64,000 nucleotides of DNA, taken from an uncultured Actinomycetota bacterium (lineage in GTDB: Bacteria > Actinomycetota > Actinomycetes > Streptosporangiales > Streptosporangiaceae). Location: NCBI GenBank assembly GCA_963805805.1, contig CAWDVS010000026.1:187333-251332 (forward strand). The letters are read 5' to 3'. Under the pieces are notes generated by a model. The model was not told where the DNA came from and did no database searches. It saw nothing but the letters and a program-made list of their open reading frames with translations. This document shows, in pieces, positions 49,634-59,495 of the stretch (positions within the stretch are counted from its first letter, which is position 1; every line of letters starts with the position of its first letter). The position numbers and the translations under genes are program-made.

Positions 49634-51140
49634 CCAGCGCAGCAGCATCATCGCTATCTGCGAGCCGAAGCCCGCGGCGAGACGAAGCGCATAGGTGACG
49701 GGATAGGCACCGCCGCGCGACAGGTTCAGCTGGCCCAGCTCAGGATCGATCTCGCGGAAATTTGCGACCGGCGGGACGATGCCGGTTTCAAGGGCCTTGA
49801 CGGCCACGACCTCCTCGATGCCCGCGCCCATAGCGTGACCGGTGAAGCCCTTTGTGTTCGTGATGACGACCGAGTCGGCGGCTGAACCGAAAACCCGCCG
49901 CAATGCGTTGATCTCAGCCGCCGCGCTGCCGCCCCGTGCGGGGGTGTATGTCTCATGAGAGACGAACACCGTCTGGCCCGCGATCGCGAGGCGGTCGATG
50001 CCCCGCCGCTCGGCCTGCCGGATGAGATTCTCCATAACCTGGCCGATGTGCTCGACGTCGAGCCGGGTGCCGTGGAACGCGCTGTTGGCGGCCACCACAG
50101 CGAGCACCTCGCAGATCGGGCGGATGCCGCGCTCCCGTGCCGCCGCCGCGGACTCGACGACCAGCGCTGCGGCACCAGATCCGATAATCATCCCGTGCCG
50201 ACGCCGATCGAATGGCAGCGCCGCGTCCTCCACGACGTCGTCGGTCGCCGCCGCGCCGCTAGCCAGGAAACCCGACCCAGTCCAGGGCAGCAACGCGTCG
50301 GAGGCTGCGCTGTCCGCCGACACGACGATCACCCGGCGGCAGCGGCCAGCGCGGATCCAGTCCTCGGCGACCGATACCGCCACGGCTGTGCTGGCGCAGG
50401 CCGAGTTCACCTGAGTGTTAGGGCCACGAGCGCCGATTAGCTCGGCGAACTGCGAGTGCCCCATCGCCAGCACCCTGAACAGGAAGCGGCGGTCGAATGC
50501 GAACGGATGGGTCTCCAGTTCGTGCCGCAGCCCGGCGATGCGCCGGTCCACCTCGGCGGCCGCTTGGTCCGCCGTGTTCATCCGGGCGCGCACATCCGTG
50601 AGCGTCGCCAGCTCGCGTCCGGCGCGAACGGTCCTCCTGGTAACAGTTGATATCGTGCGCGAACGACTCGTAGCCAGGGAACGCCGAGGCGAAAACCACG
50701 CCCGTGTCGTCTCGCAATTCATCGGGCAGGCCCCAGGGGCCGGGCAGCTGAGTCCCCAGCGTGGTGGTGTGGTAATGCCGGACTAGCGGGATGCCCGCGT
50801 CGCGCAGTGCGTCGATGCCGGCGCCGATCGCGAGCCGGGTGCAGGAATCGAGCGCAGCATCGCGGTCGGGATCGAGGCCGAACTCCTCAACCGCATCGAG
50901 AGGGCCGAAACGGCCCGCCAGCTTGATGACGTCGTCCTCGCCCTTGATCATGTCGAAGACCGGGCCGCCGCGGTCGCTCTTTACCAGCCGGGTGATGTGC
51001 TTGTCGACCATCTCACGGCGTATCTGGCGTGGTATCACATCGATGAACTGCTGGCCGGACAGGATTCGGGCGACGTTCTCATCGTCGAAGACGTGCCCCA
51101 CGCCGGGCAGACCGAGCGCGGCCCCGGTAATGACGACCGG
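49634..51140 (-). other. PKS domain KS2: divergent second thiolase-fold ketosynthase with long N-terminal/helical insertion
   Basis: It starts PVVITGAALGLPG. It has NSACAST (Cys codon at 50396-50398), [12 protein letters not shown] (His) and [13 protein letters not shown] (His). A frame break lies at about 50620-50640. Confidence 0.7.
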
Positions 51141-51494
51141 CTCCACGGGTTCAGACGGGTACCGCGACAATGCAGGTGCCGCGTCCACGGCGGGCAACGG
51201 TCCGTCAGCGTCGGCGAGGATGTGACGGCTCCGCTCGAGCAAGTCCGCCAGCAGGTGGCCGAGTTCGGAATAACGATCAGGAGCCACCACTGCCTCGGCG
51301 GCAGGGGGTGCGGGGAGGTTCGGAACGGCACGGGCCGCCTCCGGCCTGGCGGCAGCGGTCGCGGCTGGTGTCGCACCGGGATAGCCGAAGCCGGCCGCGT
51401 ACAGACCGCAGAGGGCGGCGTTGAACGAAGACAGGTCCCCGTTCTTAGGATGGTTGGTGAACAGGGTGACGACATCGTCGTGCTTTGCGCCGAG

Positions 51495-52391
51495 CACGTC
51501 CTCGGCGAATCCAGCCAGCGCACGCTTCGGGCCGACCTCGACGAACACGCGGGCACCGGCCTCGTAGAGGGTGTTGAGGCCCTTCACGAACTGGACCGGA
51601 GAGGCGACCTGCCGGCCCAGAACGTCGAGCATTCGTCCTTCCGCGTCCGGGCCCTCTGCCAGGTAGAACTCCCCGTCGACGTTGGCCACGATCGGCAGCG
51701 TGGGAGCGTGCAGATGCAGCCGTGCCAGCGTCCGCCGGAGCGGCTCGCTGACCGGTGCCACGATGGATGTGTGGAACGCGTGGCTGACCGGAATGCGCAC
51801 GGCCGTCAGGCCCGCCTCCTGGAACGCCAGCATCGCCCGCTCGACGGCCGCAGTGGCGCCGCCGATGACGGCCTGATGAGTGCTGTTTACGTTAGCGACC
51901 ACCACGTAGCCGTCGACCGAGGCCACGATCCGCTCGATCTCCTCCAGCGGGGCCGTGACGGCAGCCATCGCTCCGCGGTCGGCGATCTCCAGGCTGGCCA
52001 TCTCGCGGCCGCGCGCGCTGACTGCCTCGAGCGCCGCGGCGAAGGACAAGGCGCCTGCTGTCACTAGCGCTCCGTATTCACCGAGGCTGTGACCCATCAC
52101 CATGTCGGGCTCGATGCCATAGGCGCGCATTAGCCGGGTGAGGGCAATGTCGGCGGTCAGCACGGCGGGCTGGGTGATCTCGGTCCGCATCAACTGCTGC
52201 TCGAGCTCCGCGACCGCTGACGGGTCATTGCGGTCTACGAATATGTAGTCGGTGAGCGGCCTGCCGAGCAACGGTGTCATCACGCGGTCGGCCTCGGCGA
52301 ACGTCTGCGCCACAATCGGCTCTCTCGCGCGCAGCTCTTCGAGCATGTTGGCGTACTGCGAGCCCTGGCCCGTATAGAGGAAGGCGACCTT
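51495..52391 (-). other. PKS domain AT (malonyl-type acyltransferase)
   Basis: It has FLYTGQGSQY, GHSLGE (Ser codon at 52086-52088) and VSHAFHT. Confidence 0.85.
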
Positions 52392-52856
52392 GGGCGCAGG
52401 GCCGTGGCCAACGAAGATGCCGCGCGCGCGCAACATCTTCCGCATCGCGGCGGTCCCGCTGGTCAGCGCCTGCACGGCCATCGCCGCTTTGTCCGCGAGC
52501 TCGGCAGCGCCGTCGTAATCGATGGCGGCCCGGACGCTGGCCCCGACCAGGGCCGGATCCGGCGGCTGCGGTGGCGGAGCCTCGCCGAGGGCAGCCCGTC
52601 CACGCACATGTGCTAGTTGCGCGGCCACGTCCGCATACGTTTCACCGCCCACCACGAGGGCGCCACGCAGCGGGGCCTTGACCCCTTCACTCGCCGGCGT
52701 GCCTGCGTCCGCTGCGGCCGGGCCGCCGGAGCCCTCAGTCGAGCCAGGGCGAGGATAGGCGGATGCGAGCACCGGAATCCCGGCGCCAACAGTGGCGTGC
52801 AGGTCAGCGCGTGCTGACATCTGCCGCCCTGTTTCGTCGAGCCGGCCAGGTATGTA

Positions 52857-54245
52857 CTCCTCCAGCACGGCGTGGAAGTTGGTGCCGCCGAAGCCGAACG
52901 CGCTGACACCGCCCCGCCGCACTCCCGATGGCGGCATCCGCCACTCGCGAAGCTCTGTGTTCACCCGGAATGGCGAGGCCGGCCAGTCGACGTTCGGGTT
53001 AGGGTCGCGGAAGTTCAGGCTTGGCGGCAGTACCTTCTCATGTAGCGCCATGGTCATTTTGAACAATCCGGCCGCGCCCGCGGCGCTCTTCAGATGGCCT
53101 ACGTTCGACTTCACCGAGCCGAGCGCGATCGAGCCGGGGACGACGTCGGCCCCGCCGAAGACGGCATTGAGGCTTTCGAGCTCGGAGGCGTCACCGACGC
53201 GAGTTGACGTGCCATGTGCCTCGACTGCGGACGCGGTTGAGGGCTCGACCCCGGCGTTGCGCCAGGCACGCTCGATCGCCAGGCGCTGCCCGGCCGGATT
53301 AGGGGCCGTGATCCCCTTGCCCTTCCCGTCGCTCGATCCCGCGATGCCAAGCAGGACCGCATAGATGCGGTCGCCGTCGCGCTCGGCGTCGGCGAGCCGC
53401 TTCAGGACGAACAGCGCCGCGCCCTCAGCCATCACGAAACCGTCTGCGCCTGCATCGAACGGACGTGTCCCCGTCGCGGAGAGCGCTCCGATCTTGCAGA
53501 ATTTCACGAATGCGGCGACATTCATATTGCGGTCCACACCGCCGGCAATCGCGGCATCGAATTGCCCGTCGACGAGCCCCTCTGCGGCGGCGTTGACGGC
53601 GGCCAGGGCGGAGGCACACGCCGCGTCGGTGGTGAAGCTGGGCCCGTGGAAGTTGAAGAGGTTGGCGATCCGGCCTGCCAGGATGCTCGCCAGCTCGCCC
53701 GGCATCGTGTCCTCGTTGATCTCGGGGAACTGGCTCCCGAACGACCGCGAGGTCTCGGCGGTGATCAGCTCGCGGATGTCGGCGGGCAGCCCTGCGAACG
53801 CTGGTGACCTGGCGAGCTCTCTGGTGAATTCGGGAAGCTGGATGCGGAGGTTGCTCGCGTAATGCTTTTCGCCGCCGATCGCGTTGCCGATCACTACGGC
53901 GACCCGCGCCGGGTCGACCTTCCAGGTCGGCCAGCCCGCGTCCAGGAGTGCCGTGCGGGCCGCCGAGACTGCCCATTTCTGGCTGTCATCCATCTGGTCG
54001 CCGACCTTCGGCGGAATCGGTAGCCGCCAGGCGATCGGATCCCACGGGAATTCGCCGACCCACCCGCCGATGCGCGAGTAGGTCTTGTCGGGTGCCCGCG
54101 GGTCAGGGTCGTAGTACAGATCCGGGTCCCACCGGTCCTTTGGGACATCGGTGATGCTGTAGCGGCCTTCGGTGAGGTTGTGCCAGAACACCTCCGCATT
54201 AGGTGCCTGCGGCATGATGGCCCCCATACCGACGATGGCGACCGG
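52857..54245 (-). other. PKS domain KS1 (PUFA-synthase-type ketosynthase)
   Basis: It has VAIVGMG, DRWDPDLYYDPDPRAPDKTYSRIGGW, TTDAACAS (Cys codon at 53616-53618), EAHGTST and SNVGHLK. Confidence 0.85.
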
Positions 54246-54280
54246 CTGCGGCTGGCGTGGAGCGGGCTTGCTTGCAGAGC

Positions 54281-56002
54281 TCATGACGATCGATTCTGTG
54301 TCGGGGGCGGCGATCTGGGTGGCCCGTAGAGGGCGTCAGCGACGCTGTCCATGTCGGCTAGCAGTCCGGCCTGGGCGGCGCGTATGGCGTCCAGGCGCAG
54401 GCCGGTTTCGAAGCCCGCCGTGTCGGCGCCCTGGCTGGCGCCGATCACCCAGCGCAGCCCTTCATGGGCCACTTTGTATGCGGCATTCCGTGCGAACACC
54501 CGGCTCATTGCCGCGAGGGCAGCCGGGTCGAACCGGTGGTCGGCCTTGGCCGGGAGGGCGCCATCGAGGGCCGAAGCGGCGCGTGCAGCGAAGGTGGCGG
54601 CGCACTCCGCGTGGGCGATCAGCTCACCGAGCCGAAGTAGCACGTGCTGGCTCCGAGTGAGGCGGCCGACGCGGCAGGCTTCGAGCACGCCGGCGAGTGC
54701 CTCGCTGGCCAGTGCCGCCGTTCCGGCGCCAACGTCGGCGCGGCGCGCGTGCAGCGCGCGGAGCTCGGCTGCGATCTCGTTGTAGTAGTGCCCGGCGGAC
54801 TTCAGGTGCTGCTGCCAGCGGTCGCGCGCGATCGTCATCTCCATGATCTCGGATGTGCCTTCATAGATCGTGGTGATGCGGACGTCGCGCTTGATCTTCT
54901 CGACCAGGTAGTCCCGGGTGTATCCGTAACCGCCATGCGCCTGAATGGCCGCGTCCGCGGCCAGGTTGCCTGCCTCGGTCGCAAGGTACTTGGCGATGGC
55001 TCCCTCGGTGTTCAGGGCGCCGTTCTCGCCCTGACCCGCGTCAATCCGCGCGGCCGTGTACTCGATGTAGGAGCGGGCGGCCTCTAGCAGGACAGCATGC
55101 GGGACGATGAGCTTGTGCGTGTAACCCTGCTTCTGTGACAGCGGCGCACCGGCCTGGATGCGCGTAGTCGAATAGGCGATGGCGCGGTCGAGCGCCGACC
55201 AGCCGCCGCCGAGACCGAAGGCCGCGACCGTAAGGCGCGTGAAGCCGAACACCATCTGTGCCTGCACGAGTCCCTGCCCCTCGACCCCGCCGACGAGGTT
55301 CTCCGCAGGCACGAAAGCGCCATCGAGGAACAACGCCGCGGTGTTGGACAGGCGGATGCCGTGCTTGTCCTCGGGCCGGTTCTGGGTGAAGCCATCCGTG
55401 CCGCGCTCGAGAACGAACCATGATGGACCGCCCGGGGCCCTGGCCAGGATGGTGTACATGTCGGCGATGCCGCCGTTGCTGATCCACTGCTTGCGGCCGG
55501 TCAGCCGGTATCCGATGGTCTGCCCGTCTTCGACCACAGGTGTCGCGGTGGTCTTCAGCGCGCCGAGGTCGCTGCCTGCCTCCGGTTCGGTGGCGCCGTA
55601 CGCATAGAGGAGTCCGTGCTTGGCGATATCGGCCAGCCACCTGCTCTTCTGTTCTGGGGTCGCGCCCACGAAAATCGGATCGCTGCCCAGAGACGTGGCA
55701 AACACGCTCGTGGCCAGACCGAGATCAAGGCGAGCCATCTGCTCGCAGATCCGGTAGACATCGACGGTGTCACAGCCCATCCCGCCGTATTCCTCGGGAA
55801 TGAACAGCAGGTGCACGCCGAGCTCATCACTGCACATCGCTCGGACCAAATCTTCCGGGCACGCGTCATCGTGGTCGAGCTCTAACTGGCGCTCCTCCGG
55901 CATCGCTTTGGTCACGAATTCCTTTATCGTGTCCAGCGTCATTTTGAGGGTCTCGGCGTCGATACCAGTATCGGCGCGCTCTGTCACGGCGGGCGTCAGC
56001 AC
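54281..56002 (-). CDS. acyl-CoA dehydrogenase family protein with ~190-aa C-terminal extension
   Basis: It has [23 protein letters not shown] and [10 protein letters not shown] motifs. The GTG start lies 9 nt after GAGGAG. The stop overlaps the PKS ATG (ATGA at 54281-54284). Confidence 0.85.
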   Translation of the reverse strand: MLTPAVTERADTGIDAETLKMTLDTIKEFVTKAMPEERQLELDHDDACPEDLVRAMCSDELGVHLLFIPEEYGGMGCDTVDVYRICEQMARLDLGLATSVFATSLGSDPIFVGATPEQKSRWLADIAKHGLLYAYGATEPEAGSDLGALKTTATPVVEDGQTIGYRLTGRKQWISNGGIADMYTILARAPGGPSWFVLERGTDGFTQNRPEDKHGIRLSNTAALFLDGAFVPAENLVGGVEGQGLVQAQMVFGFTRLTVAAFGLGGGWSALDRAIAYSTTRIQAGAPLSQKQGYTHKLIVPHAVLLEAARSYIEYTAARIDAGQGENGALNTEGAIAKYLATEAGNLAADAAIQAHGGYGYTRDYLVEKIKRDVRITTIYEGTSEIMEMTIARDRWQQHLKSAGHYYNEIAAELRALHARRADVGAGTAALASEALAGVLEACRVGRLTRSQHVLLRLGELIAHAECAATFAARAASALDGALPAKADHRFDPAALAAMSRVFARNAAYKVAHEGLRWVIGASQGADTAGFETGLRLDAIRAAQAGLLADMDSVADALYGPPRSPPPTQNRSS

Positions 56003-56711
56003 GAAAAATCACTCCTCGGCATCGAACGTATCGCTATCAATCGCAGCCAACAGGGCCATTGGTCCTTCGTATTGGCCTCGGCATTTTCGTGATCTTGGGG
56101 GGTTGGCGGCCTGAAGTTGCGGCTGGCCGGCGTTTTCGGCCGCCGATTGTGTCTGGTGGCCCGGCTGTCGGCGGCGGAGAACAACCGCAGCCGCAGCTTG
56201 CGTGGTCCCAGCGGCGGGCGGTGCCGGGCAGGGCGAGCATCGCGATCCAGGCCAGCAGCCACGCGCCAGCGCGACGATCTCGCCCGGAGCTGGTTCTGGT
56301 CGAAGCCGTGCAGCGGCAGGCTGCACCCGACCGCGACTCAGCTTCCGCAGTTCAGCAGCGACTTCCCGGCAGTATTCGCCGTGCTGGCGCCGGAGCCGGC
56401 GAGTCCGAGCCATGACTGCGTTGGCAGTTGCGAGTACCGCGGCTCGCGAAGAGTCCGTTCCGCGCTGCGGAATCCGCCCGCGAAATTGCCGATAGACCCC
56501 CGAAAACGATTCACGCCGGGGCGCGAAGATCATTTGACAATACTGTCTTGCCTGGCCGATGGAGCCCCTTACGGAATCAAACCGTAGATCTTCTCCCTTA
56601 CCATGGGACTCTGGCCGTCTCTATTATCGCAGGCAGCACTCTCAACAGCGAGAGCGCGAGCACGTCCTGGCACTGTAAGTCTCAGACAGCCTGTTACGAG
56701 GGAGGAGGCTC

Positions 56712-57248
56712 ATGCGCGAGATCACTTACGCGGTACAAGGATTTCTGACAGTCCGCAGGGACTCCTTGCGCGTGCCTGTGAGCGGGTCGCTAGCAGTCCA
56801 GGCTGACCCGGACTCGGGCCTCTTCACGGGCGACCTCGTCCTCGACCAGTCCACGATCAGCCGGATAGTCCTTGGCGCCAGCCTGTACAGCGCTACCGTC
56901 CAGATTGTGCCCGACTCTCCCGTCATCGGCAGAGTCGACCACGAGGGCCAGCTCTTCGCGACAGTCACGGTCGACGCGGTCATAGCTGCTGTCCACGTCG
57001 CCGGGCGGACGTTGCTCGGTGGCGCCTCATGCCGGACCGCCACTCACGCCGTCGTGCCGTTGCGCTCCAAGCCCGGCTTCCACCTGGAGCAGGGCGGCCG
57101 CCTGGCCGGCCGGTACCACCGGCCGCCCTTTACTGGCTGCGGGTGGAGCACTCCGCTTATCAACCTGCTTGTCGCCGGCCCGGGGAACGCCGTTGTCATT
57201 GACCTCGTCCCGGCCGCAGGGTGTCCCGCAACGCCTCAAGCGCAGTGA
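56712..57248 (+). CDS. hypothetical protein (178 aa, no recognised domain)
   Basis: The ATG is preceded by a strong SD (GAGGGAGGAGG). The composition is protein-like and beta-rich. The 3' end overlaps the convergent SDR gene by ~50 nt. Confidence 0.55.
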   Translation: MREITYAVQGFLTVRRDSLRVPVSGSLAVQADPDSGLFTGDLVLDQSTISRIVLGASLYSATVQIVPDSPVIGRVDHEGQLFATVTVDAVIAAVHVAGRTLLGGASCRTATHAVVPLRSKPGFHLEQGGRLAGRYHRPPFTGCGWSTPLINLLVAGPGNAVVIDLVPAAGCPATPQAQ

Positions 57249-58251
57249 AGCGGGGTGCCCAGCCCAGTTCGCGCTTCGCCCGGGTAGTGTCCATGATCGC
57301 CGGATGGCTGGCCGCCTCCACCCACTGCGCGATGGGCGGAAGGAACGGCAGGGCGGCGAACGCCCGGGCCGTGAACTGGGCCGGGCCCACGGGCAGGGGC
57401 AGCGGGAGCATGCCGAGTTCACGGGCGATGTCGGCGGCGGTGACGATCCCGTCGGCGGCGATGTTGTAGGCACCGGGCGGTCCGGCCGCGACGACACACC
57501 GCAGCAGTGCCTGCCCCGTGTCTTCCTCGTGGACCAGCTGCAGCGGCAGCGCCGGCACCAGCACCGGCAGTGGAATCTGGCCAGCCAGCCTGCCCAGACG
57601 GCGGGCCAGCGGAGCCAGCGGCCCGGGCAGCTGGTCCTTCGCGCCCACAGCGTGCGGGCCCACCACGATTGACGGACGCAGCAGGTAAAGGGCTGGTCTG
57701 GGCCCTGACCCAGCAGCGGTCTCGTCCCGCAACAGGGTCTCGAGCTCAGCCTTTTCCTGGGCGTAGAACAGCCGGGCGGCGGGCCGCACCGGCCAGTCTT
57801 CGGTCATGCCCACAGGGTTATCGGGGTGGAAGCCGTAGGCCGCCACTGAGGACGAATAGACAAAACGGCGGGCCCCGGCCGCGGCCGCGGCACGGAATGC
57901 GTTCAGCGTGCCTTCGACGTTGACCGACCGGATCGCCTCACGTGACGCGGCGCCGGTAACCAAGAACGCCAGATGCACCACCACGTCGGCATCGCCGAAC
58001 GCGGCACGCAGGGCGCCGGGGTCGCGGACATCCCCGCGGTGGTACACCATCTTCGTCCAGCCGTATGCGACCGGGTCGAACGGGCGCCGGGCAATGCCCA
58101 CGATTCGCGCCACGCGGTCGTCTGCCTGGAGCAGGGGCATCAAGCCGAAGCCGAACGTACCGGTCGGACCGGTTACCGCGACTGTAAGATCCGTCTCTCT
58201 GGCAGGCACCGAATCGGCTACCTCCCTGGCCCTAGTTGTCTGGCACAGCAT
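57196..58251 (-). CDS. extended SDR, NAD-dependent epimerase/dehydratase / 3beta-HSD-like family
   Basis: It has VAVTGPTGTFG (GxxGxxG) and a YAQEK (YxxxK) catalytic pair. The start is taken at the ATG at 58251. Confidence 0.8.
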   Translation of the reverse strand: MLCQTTRAREVADSVPARETDLTVAVTGPTGTFGFGLMPLLQADDRVARIVGIARRPFDPVAYGWTKMVYHRGDVRDPGALRAAFGDADVVVHLAFLVTGAASREAIRSVNVEGTLNAFRAAAAAGARRFVYSSSVAAYGFHPDNPVGMTEDWPVRPAARLFYAQEKAELETLLRDETAAGSGPRPALYLLRPSIVVGPHAVGAKDQLPGPLAPLARRLGRLAGQIPLPVLVPALPLQLVHEEDTGQALLRCVVAAGPPGAYNIAADGIVTAADIARELGMLPLPLPVGPAQFTARAFAALPFLPPIAQWVEAASHPAIMDTTRAKRELGWAPRFTALEALRDTLRPGRGQ

Positions 58252-58472
58252 GACACCGTGCCCGCCGGTGCTGCAGGGTCGAAGGTCCTGGCAGCTACTA
58301 CCAGGAGCGAAAGCTCCTGCCGCTAACCCGGCGTGAGGGGCCGCCTCCGCCGCGCCGTGTGGAGCGAGGGCGGATGCGCGAGCTGGTACCTGGACGCCGA
58401 TGGCGTAATCGTGCACTATGGCCGGGATTCAGCACGCACTCGGCGCCCGCGCCGCGGCGATTACGTGATCCG

Positions 58473-59363
58473 CTAACGATCCTGGGCGCCCGCCATCAGG
58501 TCCGGGTCATGCGCTTCGCTGTCCGCCCAGACGCGGTCCAGGAACTCGCTGATCTCGGCGGTCAGCCGGGCAGGCCGCAGCCACAGCTCAGCGAACGTGC
58601 GGGTGCGGATCAGCCGGGCGTCAGGAAGCTGCCGCGCCAGGTTTCTCGCATCACTGAATGAGTGGATCAGGTCGATCCCGTGTCCCAGCACCAGCGCCGG
58701 AACGGTGATCGACCGGCGCTGGTCGGTGGTCGGGGCGATGGGACCGAGCAGAACACCGTGCAGCACGGCGGCGATTTCGTCGGGATCCGACCTGGCCGCA
58801 CTGATGAACGAGCCGAACGGGCCGAACGGGGATAGCGGCAGGAGAGAGGCGGCCCGGGATACCACTCGCAGCGGGACACGGGCGTAGTGGACGCCGAGCA
58901 GGAGCGGCAGGAACACGAGCGCTGCCGCGGGGACGGCCCACTCCAGCACCGGCATTTCGAGAATCAGGCCGCGGACCCTCTCGGGTGCCTGCACGGCGGT
59001 TAGCAGGCTCACATTGGTGCCCAGAGAAACACCCCCGAGCACCACCTGATCTACGCCGAGTTCGTCCAGCAGGCACAGCACCTGCCCGGCGTACAGGTCC
59101 ATCCGGTGGGCTCCCGCATGGCGGGGCTTGTCGCTGCGGCCATGGCCCAGCAAGTCGAGCAGCACGACCCGGTTGCCCTGCGCCGCCAGGGTCCTGGCCA
59201 GGCCCCGGCTGAGGTTAGCGTCCAGCAGCAAACCGTGCAGCCACACGATCACCCGGTCGCCCGAGCCGTAGACCTCGTAGCCCAGCTGGTACTGACCGTA
59301 GGACAACGAATGCTTGGCACCCTCGGGAGCTTGTTCTGGATTGTGCTCCTTATCCAAGCTCAT
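58473..59363 (-). CDS. alpha/beta-fold serine hydrolase (possible thioesterase/lipase)
   Basis: It has VWLHGLLLD (oxyanion region), a GVSLG nucleophile elbow and a late HGIDLIH. The remainder of the 753-aa ORF is antisense to the KASIII gene. Confidence 0.8.
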   Translation of the reverse strand: MSLDKEHNPEQAPEGAKHSLSYGQYQLGYEVYGSGDRVIVWLHGLLLDANLSRGLARTLAAQGNRVVLLDLLGHGRSDKPRHAGAHRMDLYAGQVLCLLDELGVDQVVLGGVSLGTNVSLLTAVQAPERVRGLILEMPVLEWAVPAAALVFLPLLLGVHYARVPLRVVSRAASLLPLSPFGPFGSFISAARSDPDEIAAVLHGVLLGPIAPTTDQRRSITVPALVLGHGIDLIHSFSDARNLARQLPDARLIRTRTFAELWLRPARLTAEISEFLDRVWADSEAHDPDLMAGAQDR

Positions 59364-59495
59364 GGCGGTATCGACAGGTCGGATAGCCGTCTGGGAGTGA
59401 CGTTCGCCCCTATCGCCAGGCACCCGGAGCCGGAAAACTCTCATCCCTAACGATAACGCCAAGCGCGCGCCGCGATCGGTGCACGAGGGGGACCA

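Larger units (their letters stand above)
45743..54284 (-). pseudogene. PfaA-like iterative type I PKS/FAS megasynthase, KS-AT-KS-ACP-ACP-ACP-KR-DH, broken into at least 8 frame segments
   Basis: The domains are contiguous across ORFs 50418-54284, 48911-50722, 48676-49152, 48164-48679, 47430-48206, 46537-47595, 46218-46514 and 45743-46351. Each junction reads through if a single base is added or removed. Confidence 0.8.

Noticed and set aside
56009-56533. A 174-aa minus-strand ORF directly upstream of the ACAD gene.
   Set aside because: It is Arg-rich and low-complexity, with no recognisable domain and no clear SD. I keep it only as a note in the leader-region finding, not as a gene.
58473-59363. 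The alpha/beta-hydrolase, considered as an OleB (beta-lactone decarboxylase) homologue that would complete an ole cluster.
   Set aside because: The nucleophile elbow is G-V-S-L-G (Ser), whereas OleB and haloalkane-dehalogenase-type enzymes use Asp. It is treated as a generic Ser hydrolase/thioesterase candidate.
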